Positions 38,380-49,650 of a DNA stretch of 64,000 nucleotides are shown here, one piece after another. The stretch is from Tubulanus polymorphus (lineage: Eukaryota; Animalia; Nemertea). The first letter of the stretch is position 1. Every line of letters begins with the position of its first letter. The DNA lies in NCBI RefSeq assembly GCF_964204645.1, contig NC_134033.1, forward strand, positions 10,486,655 to 10,550,654, written 5' to 3'. The translations under genes were made by a program, and so were the position numbers. The notes below the pieces were generated by a model. The model ran no database searches. It was not told the DNA's origin and saw only the letters and a list, made by a program, of their open reading frames with translations.

Positions 38380-38500
38380 CCACAGCTGTGGTTGATGTAT
38401 ACGCAACTCGCTTTGTAAGGGAGTTATAATAATCAATTTAAAATGAATTAAAATCGACCCCAATCGACTCGTAGCCTTAGACGCGATAACCGACATCGTT
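38380..38500 (-). pseudogene. Possible highly degenerate CR1-like LINE remnant
   Basis: The translation IASKATSRLGSILIHFK…PL resembles the 'xSKANxxLGxIxRxF…PLYK' post-RT segment of CR1-type ORF2. Weak and short. Confidence 0.25.
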
Positions 38501-40051
38501 TTTGAGATTGGATTAAATTGGAAATTGTCAGTAAGCGTTTCATAAAAACTGATTCTTGATAATTGGAAAATCTTAACATTTTCATTACTAGAATATAAGA
38601 AAGCTGGGATGGTATTACAGAATCTTAACCAGAGTGGTTGCTGTGTAGAAGAGTGGGGTGAGGGAAATAACAATAATAAGGATAATAATAATAATGTTAA
38701 TGTATATCATATCAATTGTTAATATTATATAACATTAAGGGCTGTATAGAATAATAATTGATTATGATGAAAAAATACCCATAAGTATTTTATTTTGTTA
38801 GGGTTTTGTCATCAATTCAATATTAAGGTAACGAACCTAGATAGAAATAGGAAATTGATGATAGTCCCAAACCTGAATAGAGTTTAAAAGGCTGTGAAAC
38901 CACCCGACCTTAAGGTATTTTAGGAAAACAAGGATATTGGTAAACATAAATGAACGACAATAATTGATCGTGATAGTAATAGGTACTGCAATATAAGAAA
39001 TAATAGTGTAATAAATACAGCTGCAAAGCAGCGATAACGTGTTTTCTGACAAGCCATCCAACCAAAATTCAAGGAATTATAGAAAATAGAAATATTTCAT
39101 GTGCGGGATTCGAACTTGATGTGGCACCTTCAGAAGTGAAAATAAATTGCCGGGGATTCGAACCAATATAACTGGAGAAAATTGAAAAAGTGACACTGTT
39201 AACGGGGGCAGACAAAGATTTGGATATTCTCGGAGCATTCCTCTTTTTGACGTATTATCGGTACATCTGCATACATAGCATCTACGCAGAGGAAACAACT
39301 GTTATATTACTATCAGAGTTCAATATTTTGTTTAGAAGCTGTTAGTTGTCGAATCTGATTGAAGATGAATTTTATGTGACGAAAAAAGTGGAAAATATGT
39401 AATAATAATAATCAACAGAAGTACAAAAGGGTTCTCGACGAAAGTCAGAAAACCCTAATGGACAATGTAAATAATGTCGTAAAAATGATCCAATAATTTC
39501 CAATTTAAGCAGTGGAATTTCAATTCGAAAACAGAAGAATTTTACCATGAATCTGCATCTAATTGTTCTATTTCGAATCACTGTATGCAGTTTGTACCCT
39601 ACTGCGATCAGTACAGCGTTCACAACATAGAGCGTTCTGCCAGTCGGTTCTAAGGTCTCCTTTTGTCGTAAATCGAATTATTCTCAAGCAGCCGTATCAG
39701 TGTTTCTAGTGGCCACGATAATTTACAGAGAGGAAACTAGCTGTTTACAGATGCGCACAGACCCCTCAGGCGATCGCTGCGGAAAAAGACAGTTAGACAT
39801 CTAATACACACAACACCGTTTAGCAAAAATAGACGCGACAATTTGTATTCTAGATTTCACAAACCAAACCTAGTTGATTCTACTTTTATATTCTGGGTCC
39901 AGTTTCACAGAGTGGTGGTGGCTTAGCCTGGAATTAATCTTAATTATTTTTACCAAATAGAATGTTCAGGCACCTATCATCAATTGATCTCAATATCTTT
40001 ACCAAAAAGTGGCATGCTGTTAAAGCCATAATAACCAACGCTGTCGGAAGT

Positions 40052-40152
40052 GGGCCTACCATCAGTCAGGTATCAGCCTAACCCGAGCAGCACTCGACCT
40101 TCAGACCTCCAGTATGGCAGCTGAGCAGGCTTGCTACTAGACCATAGACCAG
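40052..40152 (-). mobile_element. Possible tRNA-derived SINE fragment
   Basis: Minus strand TGGTCTAGTAG (A-box-like) … CAGCTGCCATACTGG-AGGTC … GGTCGAG (degenerate B box). The layout loosely resembles tRNA-Gly(GCC). Confidence 0.3.
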
Positions 40153-40164
40153 TATTGACTGATA

Positions 40165-40290
40165 GCGTTGTAAGTTTGTCTGATCAGTGGGGTGACTGGT
40201 GACCAGTCAGGTGGTTTGGTGACTATCCATTAACAATACCCTATCAGGCCCATTGGAAGGCTTTTACTAAGGGCAATTTTTCAACCAAAC
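40165..40290 (+). repeat. GACCAGTCAGGT-family interspersed repeat
   Basis: Homologous to 19640-19765 (inverted) and 2220-2490. Confidence 0.7.
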
Positions 40291-40864
40291 CGGTGGCCTT
40301 TAGGCCACGGGCTTGAGAGTCAAATGTGGGATGGTTCTAGGCACTTGAGACTGATAAGTACGTAACTTGTTTGTACACATTTCTCCAAGCGGGATGAAAA
40401 ATATATACTTCTATTCTATTCGAAAAGCAATAATATACCCCGGTAATACAGGCAGGGTAATAATGAATGAAAGTATCGCCGAGGAAACATGTTTCCCTAA
40501 TAAACCATTACCAGCCCCATTGGAACAACCGATATGTCACATTTTCAATTAAGTCAACCTGTTCCATTCGTTGCCGGCGATAATTCAATAAATTTCTTAT
40601 TTTCCACGTCGTTTTTTTAATGGATTTTAATCAAATATCAATCAACGCGCTCGAAGCAAGGCGAATATAACCCGGCAGTATGTGAGCTGGTCGCGGCCTC
40701 GCGTAATTACATCCGCCGTCTCCAGGGACATCCCCGATTCTATTGTTACGGTGTCTAATTCCCTGTCGTTAGGGCGCACAGTCCTCGGCGCTCCGTCGCA
40801 CTTCTAAAATACGATAAAATCCCGTAATGAATACACATAAAAAATCCGAAATGTCTACTTAAAA

Positions 40865-41152
40865 CCCTTTCAGTGCGTCTACACCGCAGTGCGGTGTATA
40901 AATCAGTGATGGATTTTGCTAGTACACCGCACTGCGGTGTATTGATGTAATTAGTAATTTGCAATTATCTCTATTGAAAAATGGCAGAAAGTGTCAAACA
41001 TAGTGAAATACTAGTAACTAACGATACACCGCACTGCGGTGTAGACGCACTATAGTGGTATTCCCATTGTTCAACACACTAGGGTGGAATTTTTTAGAAT
41101 TTTCAAATTTTCTCCAGCACTATAGGGTATTAATAAGTCAGCACTGAAAGGG
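40865..41152. mobile_element. piggyBac-like non-autonomous element inserted into a hammerhead repeat
   Basis: Termini CCCTTTCAGTGC / GCACTGAAAGGG, with TTAA two bases before the left end. A perfect 28-bp inverted repeat spans 40872-40899 / 41024-41051, and the palindrome TACACCGCA[G/C]TGCGGTGTA occurs three times. Confidence 0.7.
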
Positions 41153-41212
41153 GAAGCTAGTAGTTTATTTCAACGTTTCGACAATATCCTTGTCGTCATT
41201 TTTAGGAATACT
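41153..41212 (-). mobile_element. Degenerate hammerhead-repeat copy (tail continues at ~40820-40860 beyond the inserted element)
   Basis: Minus strand CAGTATTC-CTAAAAA-TGACGACAAGGATATTGTC-GAAA-CGTT-GAAATAAACTACTAG. Confidence 0.7.
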
Positions 41213-41240
41213 GATGAATATATACGTCAGTTGAAAAGGA

Positions 41241-41325
41241 ATTTCCTGCAGATGTCTATTAAGGATATTAAGTCGAAACGAATTTATTGATGGTCCAAGG
41301 AAACAATTTGGGCTTTTTATTTCAT
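41241..41325 (+). mobile_element. Degenerate hammerhead-repeat copy
   Basis: TTTC-CTGCAGA-TGTCTATTAAGGATATTAAGTC-GAAA-CG…CAAGGAAACAATTTGGGCTTTTTATTTCATC. Confidence 0.65.
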
Positions 41326-41339
41326 CTAAGCAATAAGAA

Positions 41340-41785
41340 ATGTTTCTAGTATTTCAATGTTACGACTATAATAGCCATCTTCAGCAATGCTCACGTTGTC
41401 CTCATTATAACCATTGATAAAAAACACTCCGAGTCCGTGTTGTAAAGATGACATGAAATTCACCTTTGCATATAATGCCCCTTAGGCGCTTTGCTTGGTT
41501 AATCATGTATTTGTGCTCGCTTTTGTTTTTTTTTCTAAAATAAAGATGAAGGGTAAAAAAAGTCTGAAATGTTTCCTTGAGCCTGTGCAGTTCATTTCAG
41601 AGCTGGTAGTTCATTCAACGTTTCGACTACATCCCAATAGTCATCTGCATTTAGTATTACTGTATTCAAGGAAATCTAGTGATACGCTAGGAATTAAACT
41701 CAGTCTGGAACGGTTACAGCTAATATCTATACAATATATAGGTATTATCCGACATTCGACTAAATCATAGTCAGTTTCACGGATA
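41340..41785 (-). mobile_element. Head-to-tail dimer (possibly trimer) of hammerhead-repeat monomers
   Basis: Minus-strand cores at 41644-41650 (ATGCAGA-TGACTATTGGGATGTAGTC-GAAA-CGTT-GAATG) and 41378-41384 (CTGAAGA-TGGCTATTATAGTC-GTAA-CATT) are joined by ACAACACGGA…AATGGTTATAATGAGGACAAC, the same linker as 5173-5220. A more eroded copy lies at 41746-41785. Confidence 0.75.
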
Positions 41786-42544
41786 CTCTATGATAATAGA
41801 TGAGACCTGTTCTTATGGGATATTTTACTTACTTTTTGGGGCTCATTTTCGCATACCTCATTGCCCTCTTATACAATGTTCACATTGAAGAAATTTCACA
41901 AAATGGAGACTTTTTTTCAACTGGATTAAAGGAGACTCTTATCCTACTTATTGGTACAGAACTGGTATAATATCGGATATTCAGTATTTGTGGTCGAGTT
42001 TAGAGCAAAATGAGGTGTGTACCCAGGAAATTATCACGAATAAACAGGCATCATCCATTGGACTGGGCCTACTTCCATCATAACTCTGTATTGAGACTCG
42101 ACACACTCCGACTCAGACTCTGGGGAGTTCAAACAGACTGTTATCGTCACCTTTATATCAATTAAAGGCTTTTATTCGATTTATTTGACGCGTTTTTAAA
42201 ATCGATGCGGAAAACGGCGAGAAAATAGCGATGAAAAATCGCTCGTAGCGCCGAGGTTCGAACGGCCAGAAAATTAGCCTAATTACCGCGCGAAACCGTG
42301 CCGGAACAACGGCAGAACCCGCCGGGAGAATTTTAGATAGCCATCGATGTTGTAATTACATTAATTTGTCGTAAAACACTATATTGAGAAATTTTCCCTT
42401 TGTCAGCGAAATTTGAAACACTTTGATTTGATTCGAATTGTCTTCAAGGACCTACTTCCTGCTGTTTCATAAATATCAGCAGTATACATTTTTTTCTAAA
42501 TCTTTATTTCTGGAACTGTGTGATTAACAATACGCTACTCAACT

Positions 42545-43090
42545 TATATTGGCTCATTAGAATTGAGTCTAAACTATCCTTTGTTTTCAGAATGGCTGAT
42601 AGATATGGGCTAAACATCACTACTCTCTTACTTTTGACAAATCATCATCAGAATTCAGTCTAAACTTCACTAGACTCTTAGGTTCTATAATGGCTCTAAG
42701 AATTGAGTTTAAACTTCACTCTATTAGATTTTAGAATTGCTTATAGATTTGAGTCTAAACATCACTTCTCTTATAGTCTTTTTGTAGATGGCTGATAGAA
42801 TTCAGTCTAAACGTCACTACTCTCTTAGTTTCTAAAATGTCTTGAAGAATTGAGTTTAAACTTCACTTTCTTAGTTTTTAAAATAGCTTATAGATTTGAG
42901 TCTAAGCATCATTACTCTCTTATAGTTTTTTTTTGTAAATGGCTGATGATAGAATTCAGTCTAAACGTCACTACTCCCTTATTTTTCATAGATGGCTCAT
43001 GGAATTGAATCTAAAAGTCAAAATACTGGTTGAGTTTTTTCTTCATTATTCTGAGTTTTTGCTTCGATTGAATTAGCGAGACGGTCACTA
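42545..43090. repeat. ~50-bp minisatellite element with unique core (copy 2)
   Basis: About ten units of ATGGCTGATAGAATTGAGTCTAAACGTCACTACTCTCTTAGTTT; same family as 13286-13730. Confidence 0.85.
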
Positions 43091-43521
43091 TTAGACTACT
43101 ACTCTATGAATATGAACACGTAGCGTTTTGCGAACGATTCGCACGACCAGATTTTAATCATCTAATTCGAATCGTTGAAATTAATTAACAGCACACATCG
43201 AGAAGTAACAGCGGCTCCGACGAGTTCGCGCAACTAGCGCCTGTCTGCCTGCCTAACCTCATATCAGAAAAAAAAGAAACCGGCTTCGCGTCAAGCGATC
43301 TGTGACCAAGAACAGCAGCGGTTACACCTTTTAAATACGGCGTGAAAATAAAATTATTCATTTTGGATTGTGACATTCTTGCGTGTTCCAGGTCGATACA
43401 GACGACAGATGTTCGACAAACAAAAGCTCGCGAAATTTAACAGATAGAATTATATTATTACTTTTTACATACGTATCGTACGTACTACAGCCACGCCTGC
43501 GCAGAGAGGATACGTCCGCGA

Positions 43522-43745
43522 GATCTTAGAATAGGGATTGTCCCCGTCATTTATTTGGTTGGTGAATCTCGTTTGATTTTTCGAATGAGTGTCCCTTACA
43601 GACCCACCACACCTGCCGGGAGCGAAACAGGGGGTTTGATTTTGAAATCGGAAATCGAAGTACAGGTATAGTTGTGTGATCGGTTTTGGTCGTGTTTACA
43701 GAATTTTTTGTTTAAAAATCGAAGTACATAATTGGGAAATTCGGT
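43522..43745 (+). repeat. Interspersed repeat family B (copy 2)
   Basis: Homologous to 22515-22740 (inverted) and 59752-59960. Confidence 0.8.
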
Positions 43746-44314
43746 TCCGGTTCATTCAAACAATCTTCCAACCAGTCTGAGCCGGCAAGCGACTGATTGG
43801 GGTGAATTTTTCTTGCTGCCTCGCGTATAGTTTCAGCTCGGTTGAGATTGAAAATCGCAGACGATCGCATCGTACGTTATAATCGGCTATAATTCTGCGA
43901 CAGGCTGCGCGCGATCGGTCGTTATCTCCCCGAGATTCGGCCAATCGATAAGCCCCTATACGCTAGACGCACGCGACTTTCGCTCTGTGGAATTATTTAT
44001 GATTTCGATTGTGATATATTTAACGATAGATTAACGGCCCGATTGTCGACTGTACCACGTGACGACGTATGGTGGCACCGGGCGACAGATTGCAGCGTGT
44101 GCCGTACAGATATCATCGATTCTAAAAAGATATGGAAATTGAACCTGCATTTGAGACACTGAGTATAACTGAGTATATAACTGAGTATAAAAACTGAGTA
44201 TACAACCATTGGTGAACCACTATGTCCTGTGTTCTGTTGATATATAAATAATTGAATGTTTAAATCTTGACACTAATTTTCCTGATAATTCAGAACATTT
44301 CAATCAATAGATAT

Positions 44315-44545
44315 TTCAAGAGAATCCCACATTGATAACACGAGAAAGATGAAGCCCGAAAAGTTTCTTTAAATCTGATAATTTATTGATCAGAGCCCGG
44401 TTCCACAGTTGTGAGTAAGAGTTAACTCTGAGTAAACATCAGTTCATTTTTAAAGTTTTAACTCTAGGGTTAAATTTAACTCAGAACTGTGGAACTGGAT
44501 CTAGAAGTTTCGACTATAACCTAATAGTCAACTTCAGGAATACTG
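44315..44545 (-). mobile_element. Hammerhead-repeat copy interrupted by MITE A
   Basis: Minus strand CAGTATTC-CTGAAGT-TGACTATTAGGTTATAGTC-GAAAC | MITE | …AATAAATTATCAG…AAAGAAACTTTTCGGGCTTCATCTTTC…GGGATTCTC. Confidence 0.75.
44393..44502 (-). mobile_element. MITE family A (inverted relative to the 30887 copy)
   Basis: CCGGTTCCACAGTTGTGAG … CAGAACTGTGGAACTGGATC; the interior is the reverse complement of the 30887-30994 interior. Confidence 0.85.
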
Positions 44546-44954
44546 AGTATTCAGTCTTCAGTCTTCCTGAAGTCTTTCATCATTTCGTTATAGTGTCGGA
44601 TTCTCTGTAATAAAGTGTATATCACATACGCCATATCAGGAGACTTAAATGTAGTTAGTATATGTAGATCTAAATCGAAATAGATGTCTACGGCTCTCGG
44701 GGATAGAGAAACGAAGGGGGAGGGGAGGGGGTACGTAGTGGAACTAACATTTCACGATTTAACAAAGGCATTCGACACAATGCGTCTAAAAGTGCGTGTA
44801 TTGTATCGAAAGATTTTTTACGATCGATTATAACCGAATAAAAGATAGCGTCCGACACAATATGGAACCGGCTTGAACTCAGTAACATATGTTCATAAAC
44901 GTATTGTCATCTGAGTATATTCTACTCTCGTTACCACTTACGTGAACTCTGGGT

Positions 44955-45205
44955 TCTGAAAACTGTTGAACTGGGTCCAACTATGATACTACGCCCTGAG
45001 GACTGCGAAACCAGGTCCAGAACTGTGCAACTGAGATCAGAACTGTGGAACTTGCTCCATGACTGGAGAACTGGATCTAGTCTGTGTACGTAACTGGATC
45101 CAAAAAACTGGAGTCCAGAACTGCCGAACTGACTCCAAACACTGTGGAACTGGGTCCAGAACTGTGGCAGTCAGTTCAGAATTGTGGACACGGGTACAGA
45201 ACTGA
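44955..45205 (+). repeat. ~20-bp minisatellite derived from the MITE A right terminus
   Basis: GAACTGTGGAACTGGGTCCA-like units. Confidence 0.8.
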
Positions 45206-46459
45206 AGTTAGATCCAGTTGTTGACGACATCGAACCATAAATTCTGTCAATGTATTGGAAAATAAGAATCTTCCTCCAACAGAGACAACACCTGTTCACA
45301 AGAGACCCTTTTGTTTGCATACACAAACCCCCGCAAAGAATCACAGACAGTAGAAATCGATGACGACTCGGAATTGACAAATCTCCCACTGCGAAACTTC
45401 GCAGTTACGCAGTTTATTCTTTTGTTATCAGCGCAAATTCGATGAATCGTTGTTTTTTACAGTTTAATTATTGCCCAAATGCGTCGATAAATGAAATTAA
45501 TAAGTTCCGTGTATTTATGAAGATAGTTTTTAATATCACTGAACCGTATATGAGCAGGGTATTGTTCTCCGCTGTAGTGGGTATATATACAACATTACGT
45601 CGGTCCCAGCAGTTGTATTCGTTCATTGTATTTCAAGCAGGTGGTCTAAACCGACCGAAACAAGGGGTACCGTACATACCACAGTCTGTATATACGACAT
45701 CGAATAAACCTTTTGTTCATATATCCTTGATTAAATCTTCGTTTCAAACAGATGCTAATCATTTGTCTGGGGAATCAATAATCTATTCAAAAATGCCTTC
45801 GTTGTTTCTACATATCGTTTTCCTTCAACAAGACTTTAACCTTCCTCTCCCTCTCTCTCCTCTTTCTAGACACCGCAATCATCAAAACTGTGTTTGCAAA
45901 TCGAATCGATCGTTGCATCAATAGCTTCACGGGGTTTTGCGAAAAAAAGTTGGAAAACTTGTTTTGGTCAAACGGGAAACAAATTTCTTGTCAACTTATA
46001 TCAGATAAGTCGTATAGCTTAGAAATTGAATTTGATGATCAATTCAATATCATTCTAATTGTTGAAGAGATTTTGATTATATTTGGTTCATGATATCGGA
46101 ACTCAATATTTACAACTGGAAGAGACTTGATAATCTCAGTATTTCAATATTAATGTTGAGAAACGAAAAAAAGAAATGTTTAATCACCAACTGTGGGTTT
46201 TGCTCATTAATTTTAATTTTCATTTATGTTGGATTCTGTTAATAATTAGAACCAGTTCATTCTTAACTTTAGAAATAGATCCTAAATCAATCAGTGATGG
46301 TTAATTCTCGTTGATTCAGCAATCTGCGATCTGCGAGACGGGATCCTGTTTCACAAGTTCGACTTGAAAGTTAAAACTAAAGTCTATCTATGATGAATAG
46401 TGACAGGAAATGTATAACATACACACAAATATTTGGTGATTATAAACTATTGAAATTGA

Positions 46460-46518
46460 CTAATTAAACACAATAACTGATGAGGGGAAATGTTCCCGAA
46501 AACGTTCGTTTGAATAGA
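46460..46518 (+). ncRNA. Second, unrelated minimal hammerhead-like motif
   Basis: CTGATGA (46477-46483)-G-GGGAA-ATG-TTCCC-GAAA-ACG-TTC. Core boxes, stem II and the palindromic AACGTT are present. Proximal stem I pairs poorly; only distal TTAAAC/GTTTGA pairing is seen. Confidence 0.5.
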
Positions 46519-47289
46519 TTTACCTTCTCATTTGAATATGAGATTTGTTGTGTGTACACTGGTTATTCAACTACCTCAACGCTCTACCGAAGGTATATTT
46601 ATTTTTATCTTGGATTGATTATTGGTGTATATCTCTTACTCTTCTGAACACATACCTAAAATTGGTCTTTATACAACCAGTGAATCCGCGGAGTCAGAAT
46701 AAACCATTGCTTTTTTTAATGAGTTTTACACTAAAATATATAGACTTTAGTTCATTCCCAATATTTTTTACTACAAATTCTTGATCTTCGACGAATGTGG
46801 AGTCGGATTTTGAACTCTCCAGTCTGAGAGGCCCCGTCTCTGCGAGACCGACGATAGAAATCTAACCTGGCTTGTTTTGACGTCTGATAAATTTATTCAT
46901 TAAATGGGCGTCTTGGTGTACTCAATGTGCGGCGGCTCAATATTCAATTAAGTGCGTCACAACTCTAGAACCGACGTTCGAATATCTATCAGAATGAACT
47001 GGGGCGGAAGAATTGCAATCGTTACAGATGGTAGAGCGACGTAAGGTCGAATCAAGTAGTTTCGTCTGGGGAATTCATTCCCTTTCTCTCTGACAGCCAC
47101 TGACGACTGATTTAGTCTCTCGGTTTCACTCTGGCTGCTGTTATTGGGTCCTGTGTAATTGAAAATGGACTGATTGCTTGCCCTGTCCGCTCGATCGCCA
47201 GCAAAAACGACTGATTAAAATTTATACCTATCGTGACATTTCTCAACACAGAATTCGGTTCTTTCTATCACCGCGTTCTCTTTGTGTAT

Positions 47290-47695
47290 CTCTCTCTCAC
47301 TCTCCTCTCTCTTCTTCTCTCCCTCTCTCGATCCTCTCTCTTCTCCCCTCTCCTACTCCTTTTTCTCCCTAACTCCCTTTATATCATAATCTTTTCCCAC
47401 CTCTCCCCTCCTCTCTCCCTCTCCTGCCCTCTCTCTTCTCTCCTCTCCATCTCCTCTTTCTCCCTCTCACTCCCTTTATCATCATCTTTCCCTATCCCTC
47501 CCCTCCTCTCTCCTCTTCTCACGCTTCTTCTCTCTTCTTCTCTCTACTAATTTCTCCCTCATTTCGTAAACTCATCATTCCTTTCTCCTCTCTCTCCTCT
47601 CCCATCCTGAAATCTTTCTTCTATCTCTCCCTATCCCCTCTCCGCTCTCCCTCTACCTCTCTCATCTCTATATCTCCCTTCTCCGTATCCCTCAC
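47290..47695. repeat. CT-rich polypyrimidine tract
   Basis: Low-complexity (CT)n/(CCT)n. Confidence 0.9.
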
Positions 47696-48286
47696 GCCTG
47701 AGAATTAATGACTTCATGAAATCATTAGTTCTGACGCCAGCAGAAAATAAACAAAAAATCTCTATAAATTATTTGCGTTGATTTCTCGGTGAAAATGTTT
47801 ATATCAAATGTTCGCTAATTCGAGTGTCAATAAAACTGTATTGAAATTTTAAGTGTTTAAGAGGTGTGAAATACAGGTGCGAAATGGTCGTCTAAACCCG
47901 GTCCAAACAATGAGTTTTATTTACACGCGTTTCACACAGACTATTCTCCGATTACCGCGCTGTGTAAATACCTCACTCCTCGCGACGACGTCCGCCTGCA
48001 CTCAACCGCTCGTATTATTGTGCAGTTTGTGTTGAAAATTCAAAAAAGCGTTTTGAAATCTGAGCTTTTTTCGCGACGCCGAACGAGGGTTCGAAGAAAG
48101 ACACGTCGAGTGGGTATTGAATTCGTTTAAGTGTTGAGACAAAAATAATAATACACCGAGATTCTATCGAAAATTTAAATTTCTCCTCTTGTCACAGCGA
48201 GGGTTATATTCATAAAACTGTAATCATTATTCTTTTTTTGAGAAAATTGTTCTGTCACAAAATGACACCGACCCAGATACAATACT

Positions 48287-48395
48287 GAATCCGGTTCTAC
48301 ACAGTCGTGATTAAACTCTGAGTAAAATTAGTTCATTTTCAATGGGTTAACTCAGTGAGTTAATTCTTAACTCATAACTTTACAAGACGGTGCTG
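48287..48395 (-). mobile_element. Degenerate MITE family A copy
   Basis: GAATCCGGTTCTACACAG…AACTCTGAGTAAAATTAGTTCATTTTC matches the 44393-44502 interior. Confidence 0.6.
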
Positions 48396-49169
48396 GTTTC
48401 TCTAATTAATCTAATTGATTTGAGCACTTCTAAGACACTCAAAATGGAATAGATTAAGACATTTCTCCAGCTTAAGACTCGAACTCTGGAAAGATCAAGA
48501 TTTAGAATTGGACGCTGATTTTTCATCGCACGCGGTGGATGTCTCATTCCTCTCTCTCCTTCTCCTCTCTTTCTCCTCTCTACTCTCCTCTCTCTCTACT
48601 CGCTCACGGGTACCAACTCATTAGCTGGCTCCCTTATCTGTTTAATGGTCTCACTGATGACGTGAACTCTCTGGGGGAATCAGTGCCGTCACAGTTAAGT
48701 GGCAAGGATCTTAGAACATACTCTATCTTAATGAATTGTGGGCAGAGAAAACATGGTCGTTTCGTCTGACAAATACGAGCAAATGCGGGTTTTAGATGCA
48801 GCCGCACGCGCTAATGGCAGCCGATTACAATGATAATGGCGTGAACGGTCCGTTTCTCGCTGATCCGCCCAATATTTTATACAAATCGAATACGAATTCT
48901 AATGTTTGCTCAAACACTGATACATAGCAGCAGGATGAAATAGCTCTCTTCATCGTTGAGTCACTTTCCTCAAACCTGTCCCGCTTCATCGAACAAAAAG
49001 CACCTAGTTCAAAATATTCAATTCAAATCAGTAAAAAGTTACTTATTTTGACATTTTGAGTCACTTTAAACGACAACTTTTGAAAGGGTCGAGTGAATGG
49101 ACTTCCTGTCTTCAAAATTCACAAAATCAAGCTCTGGGAGTAAAATTCACTTCCTTATTTGTCGCTGGA

Positions 49170-49650
49170 CTAGCCCCATCGTCACATGACTGCTAACCGT
49201 CCAGTGACTGGCCACCAACGCCTGAATGGTTAACCGCCGCCTGGACGGTACCCATCGCCTAACTAGTCCACTGTCGACACACCTGACGATGATCTCCAGT
49301 ATGAGATTGAAACGTCGTGTATTTTATATATTTTAGATTGTTCGAATTAATAAATTTCTTGTTTTTAAATTCTTTTAATTTGTAGATAGTGGGTTTTTAT
49401 CTTATGGTCCACTGTCGCCCGACTGGTCACTGCCGCCTACCGACAGCCATCTGACTGGCTACATCACCTGACTGGACACCTGACTGGACACCTGACCCTG
49501 GTCCCCCACCTAACTGCCCGTGGCTGCCCGTGGCCCCGTTCACCTGATTGGTCATCGGCGTCGCCTGAATGCCCCCGTTGCCTGACCGGTCACCACTGCC
49601 TGACTGGTCACCATCTCCTGACTGGTTACCGTCGCCTGACTGGTCACGTT
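49170..49650 (-). repeat. Tandem amplification of the GACCAGTCAGG-family subunit (~20 bp)
   Basis: CCTGACTGGTCACC-like units in two blocks. Confidence 0.75.

Noticed and set aside
44995-45020. CTGAGGA…GAAAC…GTC hammerhead-like string
   Set aside because: No stem II (only 4 nt between the boxes) and no stem I.
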